This document shows, one piece after another, positions 37,002 to 44,417 of a stretch of DNA of 64,000 nt. A program made the translations under genes and the position numbers. Each line of letters starts with the position of its first letter. Position 1 is the stretch's first letter. The notes under the pieces are model-generated. The model made no database searches. It saw nothing but the letters and a program-made list of their open reading frames with translations, and was not told where the DNA came from. This DNA comes from Blastomonas sp. (GTDB taxonomy: Bacteria > Pseudomonadota > Alphaproteobacteria > Sphingomonadales > Sphingomonadaceae). The stretch spans positions 740,582 through 804,581 of the forward strand of contig NZ_JBKBOG010000001.1 of the NCBI RefSeq assembly GCF_046294995.1. Direction: 5' to 3'.

Positions 37002-38982
37002 CAGGATTTGCCATCATGTCTAGCAATGGCATATCAGATAAAACCTTTCCGCTTCGACGAGCTTTAGGTGGTTCAAGGCGTTCAATTATTCCGGCTTCTG
37101 CGAGCCAATCTTTTAACTTATCAACGGAAAGATACATTGGTTCTTTTGTCCGCTGATACGGAATCCGGTACATCGGGCAATATAAAGGATGTAAATAGAA
37201 CTTATAACGCCGTTTCCGGTCTTTGTTCCGTGTTGCATGCTCCACCATGACAAGGTTGCCATAGTCCACCGCTTCAATCAAAAAATTAAAAATCTCAGGG
37301 TTTGATCTGAGTTCTTCAATGCTCAGCGATATACCATTATGGCCAGGATTACTCATTTTTAGGTCGCCGTACAAAGCCGTGCTAAACTTCTCGCCTAGCG
37401 TTTGGATAAGCTTGTACCTGTCATCACTCCTCCCGTAATCCGAGGGTATACGCTCGAGCCAAGTACGAGCAGCCTGAAACACCCCAATGGTCTGAATGCC
37501 CGCATTGATTGGCAATTCAGGCTGGCGATCGCTTCGCGACGACGCCTGGGTTGCATATTCCCAAATATACTGACAGAGACTAAGAAAAAGTAAGATGTTG
37601 CCGCCGCTCAATCCTAGTAAATTTTCTTCACCGCTGTAAATTGCTCGTTGCTTTTTTGTACCACCAATTTGAAGCAGGCAAAGTTCTACGCGCTCTTTGC
37701 GCCAATATTGCTTTGATTTTTTTTGCCATGGCAGGTCAGTAGATTCTGCTTCCCAGCCCTTCTGGCGGTACCAAACTTCACCCAGCTTCGCCGAGAGGGG
37801 GTCGGTCGCCGCCAGTTCGCGCAATTGCTGCGTGATCTCTGCGGGCCAATCTGGATCAATGCGAATTGCTTCTGAAGGTGTGTCTCCTGCGAGCTGAATG
37901 GCTTCGTCCTTCGGGGCAGGAGATCGTCCCAGAGCATCTGCAATCCTAACTGCTTTGGCACGTGCGCTGCCTGGGCTTGCGGAATGGCGCAGACGCCTGA
38001 GAAACACGTCGTTGGCAAATTCAGGGAACACGCTGGTTCCTCGCATCTCCTGCGTTCGTAAGCGCGAGTCTAGCTCCACTAATTTATAATCGCGGTCTTG
38101 TTCGAGGTGGCCATTTGAACCAAACACTTTGAGATGATTTCGCCAGGCATATCCCCGTGTTCCGATTCTATAAGAGAGCGTCGGATCACGACTGATAATC
38201 TTGTTTATAACACTTCTATAATCAGCTTCGGCCCCATTACTTCTGATGTTGGCTAGCTCTTCGTACTGATCGATCAAAACATAAAATTCAATGTCTTTTG
38301 GAACGACGCCGCTTCTTTTTAATTCGGTAACTATCACCTTCATCGGTTCGCCAGCAGATGTTTTGCTCACGGATACGGCAGGGTCTAGCGTAGTGTCATT
38401 TCCATTCATGAAGCGTCGATACAATGCAAGTCGCTTGCGTAATCGGCTTTCAAGGTCATCGATATCTTCTGCGCCCTGCAGGTACCCTTCCCAAACATCG
38501 CTATTGGCGGTGCTATTTACAAAACGGCGCAGTGGGTCTCGGTCAAATTTAAGACCTAGTTGGGCAGTCAGTGAAGAGTTATCGCTCAATATTTTGACTG
38601 ACTTCAAAATGTCTAAGGCTACGACGTAGTTAAAGAAGTCACCGAACATCAATTCTTGTGCACTGTCTCCCTGTTCGGCTCTGCGATTTCCAAACTCATT
38701 ACAGCGAGCTGTATTAATATTTATCCCAGCCCCAATAAACCTAGAGCTTTCTTCTGGGATAGGGAAAGGTTCGCCAATATCGCTGTATGCAACTCGAACT
38801 TCGGGCTGGAGTAATTTGAACAACATACTCTTACCGCTACCCTGCACTCCCGAAAGAATCACATGGCCAGGTTGAAACAATGGCATCGCGTGGGGAACCA
38901 GTTTGTGGCTAAAAATTTCTACAAACTCATCAGGATCTACTTTCTCCCCGACGTAAAGCTGCTGGAATGGATTGCGCGTCAT
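36994..38982 (-). CDS. Large P-loop NTPase (AAA/ORC-Cdc6- or STAND-like) with a basic C-terminal region, third gene of the MTase operon
   Basis: Walker A ILSGVQGSGKSMLFKLL. Candidate Walker B FYVLIDQYEEL. The start MTRNPFQQLYVGEK lies 2 nt after the upstream stop. The C-terminal KDRKRRYKFYLHPLYCPMYRIPYQRTKEP looks like a winged-helix strand-turn, which is inference. Confidence 0.75.
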   Translation of the reverse strand: MTRNPFQQLYVGEKVDPDEFVEIFSHKLVPHAMPLFQPGHVILSGVQGSGKSMLFKLLQPEVRVAYSDIGEPFPIPEESSRFIGAGININTARCNEFGNRRAEQGDSAQELMFGDFFNYVVALDILKSVKILSDNSSLTAQLGLKFDRDPLRRFVNSTANSDVWEGYLQGAEDIDDLESRLRKRLALYRRFMNGNDTTLDPAVSVSKTSAGEPMKVIVTELKRSGVVPKDIEFYVLIDQYEELANIRSNGAEADYRSVINKIISRDPTLSYRIGTRGYAWRNHLKVFGSNGHLEQDRDYKLVELDSRLRTQEMRGTSVFPEFANDVFLRRLRHSASPGSARAKAVRIADALGRSPAPKDEAIQLAGDTPSEAIRIDPDWPAEITQQLRELAATDPLSAKLGEVWYRQKGWEAESTDLPWQKKSKQYWRKERVELCLLQIGGTKKQRAIYSGEENLLGLSGGNILLFLSLCQYIWEYATQASSRSDRQPELPINAGIQTIGVFQAARTWLERIPSDYGRSDDRYKLIQTLGEKFSTALYGDLKMSNPGHNGISLSIEELRSNPEIFNFLIEAVDYGNLVMVEHATRNKDRKRRYKFYLHPLYCPMYRIPYQRTKEPMYLSVDKLKDWLAEAGIIERLEPPKARRSGKVLSDMPLLDMMANPDA

Positions 38983-38984
38983 GC

Positions 38985-39935
38985 TCAGCTTCTCCGAATG
39001 CGCGAAAACAGTGGAGACCATTGGGGGCCATGGTGGTGAATGATCGGTAAGGTGTTGTCCGGACAATTCGAATATAGGGCAACTAGTGCACCCGTCGCCT
39101 CATATCCGTAGGGATGCTGTGCCCAGATTCCCATTCGTGTCCCCAATCTTGAAATTAGCTCTCTCACTTTAGGAAAAATATTTGGTTCGTTTGCCTGTGG
39201 GGTTGCCCCTAAGAATAGTTCTCCGTGCAATATCAAGGCAGGTGAAAATGTAACATTTGGGCAATCTGAGGCCAGGGCTTTGCCGGTATTTAGTCCTTCC
39301 GGACAGCATACTAAAGGGAGTACCAAGATCGGGGTATTTGGAAGGCATGTTGCTGCCCAGTGCACTGCTTTAGCCATTTGATTGCCAGTTCCAACAAAAT
39401 CCTCCAGCAAGACAAGTCGTTCTATTTTCTGATTTATGAGATATGACCTGATGGCGAGTGGATCACCAAAGAGAGATAGAGATCGCCAATCTGGTCTATT
39501 GTCATGCCCAGAAAGTTGGTTAAGTTTAAGAAATGAATTGATACGCATGCTGTCTGTAATTGGACAAAACCACGTACGGTACATAGCTTGATTTACTAGA
39601 CTTGAGAGATTCGGCGCTTGGATGTCGATTTTTGCGTGATCAATAACCCATCGAGTTGCTTGACCGCCGAAGGCAGCTCGACATAACGAATCGAATTGCT
39701 GCTTTCCGATGAAAAATAGGTGTCGTAAAAGTCGAAAGAGTGTCTTTTGATCTTCAGTGCTATCTATATTGTTTAGCCATTCAACTAAACGGTCATCGAA
39801 TGCTTCGTAGCGATTGGGCTCATACTCATTAAAGAGTTCACTTTGAAGCCAAAGCAAATGGTCGCGCAGGGCGATTAAATCGTCGCTATCTGCGTCAAAC
39901 AACCATGGATTCACAATATTGAACAAGGCGCTCAT
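38985..39935 (-). CDS. Phosphoribosyltransferase-like protein, second gene of the MTase operon
   Basis: ERLVLLEDFVGTGNQ fits the PRPP-binding loop pattern of type I PRTases (four hydrophobic residues, two acidic residues, xxTG). It is preceded by an unassigned, helix-rich N-terminal region of about 190 aa. The ATG is 1 nt after the MTase stop. Confidence 0.6.
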   Translation of the reverse strand: MSALFNIVNPWLFDADSDDLIALRDHLLWLQSELFNEYEPNRYEAFDDRLVEWLNNIDSTEDQKTLFRLLRHLFFIGKQQFDSLCRAAFGGQATRWVIDHAKIDIQAPNLSSLVNQAMYRTWFCPITDSMRINSFLKLNQLSGHDNRPDWRSLSLFGDPLAIRSYLINQKIERLVLLEDFVGTGNQMAKAVHWAATCLPNTPILVLPLVCCPEGLNTGKALASDCPNVTFSPALILHGELFLGATPQANEPNIFPKVRELISRLGTRMGIWAQHPYGYEATGALVALYSNCPDNTLPIIHHHGPQWSPLFSRIRRS

Positions 39936-39936
39936 A

Positions 39937-41331
39937 TTAGGCTTTCAAAATCGCTTCTCGCACAAAGTTTGCAAGAATGGCAGCCATTGGAGGAGGGACG
40001 GCATTCCCAATTTGCGTGAATGTATCGGATTTCGATCCGGCAAAGCGAAATGAATCCGGGAATCCCTGTATCCGCGCAGCTTCCCTTGGTGTCATGCCCC
40101 GATTGTCAGATGGGTGGAGAAAAAGGTCTGGTCGGCCAAATCGTGTATCCACTGTAGGTGAGGGCGCATCCCACTCTAGTCGGCGATAACGACCGTTATA
40201 TGTTTGTCGTAGCTCCAGAAAGTCACCTGAGATCCGGATGTACCCCGCACTTTCGAGGAGGGGCAACTCTTGAATTATGGCGTTGCCAAATTCGGAAACT
40301 AGCCGATTGATGTGGACAGGATCCCCATCTCCATGTCGCCGCACGCGCTCCCTGCGACGGAGCCTTGTTATTGAAACTAGGATGAGCTTTTGAAGTTCGG
40401 TTGTTGCGCCGTAAACCTCGGGAATGTCCCATGTTGCGATCGTGCGCTCGCTGATCCTTACATTGCTGACGCGCTGGCCAGCGCCAATTTGCTGGGCAAT
40501 AAGCCAGTCGCGCGTCCCTTCCCGAGGCCATTCTATATCTTCGTCTTGGGTAAGGTCAGTGAGCGCTTCGCGGACTGACAACGATTGCTGCCGGGGGATT
40601 TCGATGCGAATAGAATCGCTACCGAGCCAGCTAAGGAGAAAAAGCCTTTTTCGACGCTGTCCTAACCCACAGGCCTGCCCGTCGAGCAGCAGCCGGCGCA
40701 CATTGTAGCCAGCTGAACGGAGGCGGTCCTCCAGGCCTTCCCATAGGCGCAGGTGAGCGCCCGAGAGCGCAGCTGGGACGTTCTCAACAATGACCACACG
40801 AGGTCTCGACGCCACCGCTATATCTGCCACTCGCATCAGTAATGCGTTTCGTGGATCGGCAACGTTACGTTTTCCCGAGGTGGAAAAGCCTTGGCATGGC
40901 GCACCAGCGAGAAGGATTGTCGGCATACTGTTATGGGGCTTTAAGCGACTAAGATCGGTCCGAAATGCCCGGCCCGGCAGGTTTTGCACGTACGTGGCGA
41001 GCGACTTTCGATCAATGTCGTACGCTGAGACAGGAAATATCCCTTGCTGCAGAAATCCTAGGTCGAGACCGCCGCATCCTGAAAAAAGACTCGTGGCATG
41101 CCAGCCACAAGCCTGTCCTGTAGGCAACTCAAGCTTGGCGTAAGCGGGAGCTTGCCCTATTGCGTCGTTGTCCGGTCGCTCCGCGAGCGGCAGGCGTGCT
41201 GCATCAGATCGAGCCAGGCTGGCGTCAATCGCTTGTCTTGTTTCGAATCTAGTGGGCTCGATTTTTTCCTGAACCAAGGTAGAATGTCTTGTGATGTTTT
41301 CTCGCCCCAATTGCCCGGCTCTGGATGCCAT
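39937..41331 (-). CDS. dcm: DNA (cytosine-5)-methyltransferase
   Basis: Motif I LFSGCGGLDLGF, motif IV GAPCQGFS, motif VI ENVP, motif VIII QRRKRLFLL, motif X GNAVPPPMA. About 90 aa of N-terminal extension. The ATG at 41331 overlaps the divergent thyX 5' end. Confidence 0.92.
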   Translation of the reverse strand: MASRAGQLGRENITRHSTLVQEKIEPTRFETRQAIDASLARSDAARLPLAERPDNDAIGQAPAYAKLELPTGQACGWHATSLFSGCGGLDLGFLQQGIFPVSAYDIDRKSLATYVQNLPGRAFRTDLSRLKPHNSMPTILLAGAPCQGFSTSGKRNVADPRNALLMRVADIAVASRPRVVIVENVPAALSGAHLRLWEGLEDRLRSAGYNVRRLLLDGQACGLGQRRKRLFLLSWLGSDSIRIEIPRQQSLSVREALTDLTQDEDIEWPREGTRDWLIAQQIGAGQRVSNVRISERTIATWDIPEVYGATTELQKLILVSITRLRRRERVRRHGDGDPVHINRLVSEFGNAIIQELPLLESAGYIRISGDFLELRQTYNGRYRRLEWDAPSPTVDTRFGRPDLFLHPSDNRGMTPREAARIQGFPDSFRFAGSKSDTFTQIGNAVPPPMAAILANFVREAILKA

Positions 41332-42172
41332 CCTAGGGCAAGAATTCCCTATTTTGAACCACGGATTTATCCGGGTTGTGGACTACATGGGTGGAGATGA
41401 CGCTGTCGTCCAGGCAGCTCGTGTTTCGTACGGTGCAGGCACGAAAACGGTCAGAGACGATAGGGCGTTGATCAGGTACCTTTTGAGCCACAGTCATACG
41501 ACTCCATTTGAGATGGCTGAGATTAAACTACACGTTAAAATGCCAATTTTTGTGGCTAGGCAGTGGATTCGGCATCGAACCGCGTCAGTGAATGAGTATT
41601 CAGCTCGCTATTCAATCCTAGACAAAGAGTTCTACTCACCTAGCGCCGAAGCAATTGCGGCTCAAAGCGATTCTAATCGGCAAGGTCGCGGTAAACCTTT
41701 AGAACTACGCGAACAGAATGATGTAAACGAGACAATTACAGCTATTTCCAATGCATCATATGACGCATATGTTGCCTTACTGAACGAGAATGACCAAGGC
41801 GAGCAATTAAATCCTGATCGTCTCGGTTTGGCTCGGGAACTTGCGCGCTCAGTTTTGCCGGTGGGGTTCTATACTCAATGGTACTGGAAAACTGACCTGC
41901 ATAACCTTCTAAGATTTCTCGAGTTGCGCACTGATCCGCATGCTCAGTGGGAAATTCGGCAGTATGCCCTTAAAATTCTCGACATTGTTAAGGTTTGGGC
42001 TCCACTAACTTACGAAGCGTTCATCGATTTTCGATCTGGGCGGACAGAGTTGTCAGCTGCTGCAACCAATGTGGTTCAGCGATGGCTGGCAGGCGAAGCT
42101 GTTTCGCAGGAAGACTCAGGGCTAAGTAAGCGAGAATGGAACGACCTTCAAAATTCATTGAAGCCGAAATAG
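41291..42172 (+). CDS. thyX: FAD-dependent thymidylate synthase
   Basis: ThyX signature RHRTASVNEYSARYS (RHRxxSxxxxSxR) plus HGFIRVVDYMGGD..VQAARVSYG and HTTPFEM. Low GC, like the neighbouring operon. GTG at 41291 or ATG at 41294. Confidence 0.92.
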   Translation: MMFSRPNCPALDAILGQEFPILNHGFIRVVDYMGGDDAVVQAARVSYGAGTKTVRDDRALIRYLLSHSHTTPFEMAEIKLHVKMPIFVARQWIRHRTASVNEYSARYSILDKEFYSPSAEAIAAQSDSNRQGRGKPLELREQNDVNETITAISNASYDAYVALLNENDQGEQLNPDRLGLARELARSVLPVGFYTQWYWKTDLHNLLRFLELRTDPHAQWEIRQYALKILDIVKVWAPLTYEAFIDFRSGRTELSAAATNVVQRWLAGEAVSQEDSGLSKREWNDLQNSLKPK

Positions 42173-42294
42173 GCTAGGTTCGGTTAGTATAGGTTTCCTG
42201 AATACGAGACATTCAGCAATCCTAGGCGCTTGGTTTTAGTCACCAGTTTCAAGTCGTCCACGGTCTAGGCTGCGTCTTATCGCACACGATTTGG

Positions 42295-42468
42295 TCAGTG
42301 GTATTGCTGATTGTGGACTCGCTTCCTTTCGATCAAGTTTCGAAGACTGTCGGTTAACACCAGCGTCGCAGCCCCGATTTTGACGACCTCGACCTCGCCC
42401 CGCGCGATCAGCAAGTACAGGGTGCTACGACTGATGCCGGTATACCGGCACGCATCGGGAACCCGCAT
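42295..42468 (-). CDS. AlpA/excisionase-type helix-turn-helix protein
   Basis: MRVPDACRYTGISRSTLYLLIARGEVEVVKIG fits the small phage/island Xis-AlpA HTH pattern. The upstream Met at 42522 is also possible. Confidence 0.6.
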   Translation of the reverse strand: MRVPDACRYTGISRSTLYLLIARGEVEVVKIGAATLVLTDSLRNLIERKRVHNQQYH

Positions 42469-42869
42469 ACTGATCGGCTCAATAGACAACGGCGACGAAG
42501 GTGGGAGGGGCATTCCAGGCATATCGGCACCAATCGTTCAAGAACCGGGATACAGCATGGACTGTAAGCAGCGGCCATCTGACTGCGGAAATTATCCACT
42601 TTCGGTGCACGACATACCACATGACATTTCTACCCCATCTTACTCGTGTGTGCGATCACGGCCCGGCATCCAGTCAAGCCTTCGCAGGCCTCGCGAACTC
42701 AATTTTGGGCAGCGCTGACCCTACTTCACGACTTTGCTTTGGCCAATCGGTCGGAGGCATTTTGCTCGCCGAAAGGGGTAACATGGGCACTGAGAAGCCT
42801 CAAATTCAACGCTTCCGGTCCCCGTTTCCGTCCGCCATTTTCATGTCCGACGCGAGTGCTATGCGCAGC

Positions 42870-42956
42870 CTCGAAAAGTGGCAGAAAACCGCCACTTTGG
42901 AAATGCGAGGCAGCGCGCGCTGCCGGATAGCACTCTCGAAAAGTGGCAGAAAACCG
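42870..42956 (+). repeat. Two perfect 22-bp direct repeats (ctcgaaaagtggcagaaaaccg), iteron-like
   Basis: Copies at 42870-42891 and 42935-42956. Degenerate TGGCAG(A/C)AAA cores lie at about 43050 and 43127. The GC palindrome ggcagcgcgcgctgcc sits between the copies. Confidence 0.7.
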
Positions 42957-43185
42957 TTATTCACGCGTGCGTGAGGTGTGTATCCAAATTACGGGTCCGA
43001 TGCGAAGCATCGCGGCCCCTGTTACCCCGCCGGATTTGATGCCGGTGAGATGGCAGAAAATGGGTGCCGGTGGGGCTGGCGAAAGGACAGTTCGAACGGC
43101 CATCAAGGGGTCAGGTTTGGGGATTGATGGCAGCAAAGATGCAGCCAGTGGCCGTCGCCCGCGTTCGGCTCCCGAATCTGCGCAC

Positions 43186-44154
43186 TCAACCCGCCGCGAG
43201 AGCCTTCACTTCAAGGTCGGCGATCCGCTCCGAACAGATAGCGTGAACAGCCCGTCCAAGCTCCTCTACGCACCCGCCAAGCCACAGCAGCTCCTCTTCG
43301 GTAATCCGATAGTGCTTCGAGTACCGAGCCTTCACATAGGCCTCTTTCAGCTTTTCAAAGCGGGCCCGATCAATCCGACTGTCACGAGGCCAGGCATCGA
43401 CCAAGCGCATGTCGATCCGCTCGGCCTGGGTGCGCAGGAAGCCGAGATTGTGCACGTGGGGCGAATAGAAGGTGCAGACCAGAAGCACGCAATGGTACAT
43501 GCGTTCTGCAGACTGATGGAGGTCGAAGACAGCCTTCTTCAGCTTGCCTCGGTTCTTTGCGTCATTGAAGCCGTCGAAAAAATCTGAAGCGCTCGGCATC
43601 CACTCGTCAAAATACTCACGCGCCATTGCCAGCGCCTGCTCCGGCGTTTTGGGCTTAGGCGTATGAAGTACCCTCTCATCCGCTTCGTGCAGTGCGATGC
43701 CGTCCTTGGCCACGTCCATAAAAAAGTATCGCCCATGGGCGAGGCCGTCATTCACCTCCTGTAACGTGTGAACGATGAAGTTTACCGGCGTGTGCAGCGT
43801 CCGGTCGATAGCCAGCTCACGGATAAGCCGGTCTTCGAGCTTAAGCCAGTAATCGACGCGCTCGGTGAGGCGCTTGTCGTTGACGATGATCAGTAGATCG
43901 AAATCGGAGCGATAGCCTTTTGCCGTGTGCGGCTCATCGACCCAGCCGCCACGGGCATAGCTGCCATAGAGGATCAACTTCTCGATCCGGCCCTTCTTCT
44001 TCCACTGGTGGGTGGCGAGCGCCAGGGCATCCTCGAACTCCTCGAAGATGATCTGCTTCACGCGATCAAGCTCGCGCTGCTTGTTGGCAGGAAGATGGTC
44101 AAGATCGGTTCGCATGGGCAGGGGCACCCTGTAGGCATGGGTTACGATTGGCAA
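43186..44154 (-). CDS. Nucleotidyltransferase-HEPN fusion protein
   Basis: N-terminal minimal NTase motif LILYGSYARGG..(18)..SDFDLLIIV. C-terminal helical domain with AYVKARYSKHY, resembling the Y(I/V)xxRY signature of classical HEPN domains. Confidence 0.75.
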   Translation of the reverse strand: MPIVTHAYRVPLPMRTDLDHLPANKQRELDRVKQIIFEEFEDALALATHQWKKKGRIEKLILYGSYARGGWVDEPHTAKGYRSDFDLLIIVNDKRLTERVDYWLKLEDRLIRELAIDRTLHTPVNFIVHTLQEVNDGLAHGRYFFMDVAKDGIALHEADERVLHTPKPKTPEQALAMAREYFDEWMPSASDFFDGFNDAKNRGKLKKAVFDLHQSAERMYHCVLLVCTFYSPHVHNLGFLRTQAERIDMRLVDAWPRDSRIDRARFEKLKEAYVKARYSKHYRITEEELLWLGGCVEELGRAVHAICSERIADLEVKALAAG

Positions 44155-44167
44155 GGTCCAAGCCGCA

Positions 44168-44416
44168 TCACCAGCGCCAGAACTGCCACCAGTCTGGCGG
44201 CTTCTCTGTCGGCATCTGCATCAGCACGAACAGGGCATTGGCAAAATGCTGCTCGACCTGTTGGGGGGTTATGCCGTGTTTGTTTGCAAGCTGGCGGTAG
44301 CTCATCTCATCGACGCGGATGGCAAGGAAGATTTCCCGGTCGAGCGGCTCCATCCGCTCGACCGCTCTCTCGAACTTGCACAAGCGCCTGCGCTCTGTGC
44401 GCGACAGGCAAGGCAC
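44168..44416 (-). CDS. Small sigma-70 region-4-like HTH protein
   Basis: LDREIFLAIRVDEMSYRQLANKHGITPQQVEQHFANAL resembles ECF sigma region 4.2. GTG start 1 nt after the integrase stop. Confidence 0.5.
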   Translation of the reverse strand: MPCLSRTERRRLCKFERAVERMEPLDREIFLAIRVDEMSYRQLANKHGITPQQVEQHFANALFVLMQMPTEKPPDWWQFWRW

Positions 44417-44417
44417 C

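Noticed and set aside
42870-43140. TGGCA-containing repeats as sigma-54 (-24/-12) promoters
   Set aside because: No TTGC-type -12 element lies at the required 4-5 nt spacing after any TGGCA(G) core. An iteron or arm-site interpretation is preferred.
42501-43587. Plus-strand ORFs 42501-42974 (157 aa), 42646-42930 (94 aa) and 42943-43587 (214 aa)
   Set aside because: They have no motifs and a poor, Arg/Ser/Pro-rich composition. The last one is antisense to the well-supported NTase-HEPN gene. The region is better explained as regulatory, repeat-bearing DNA.
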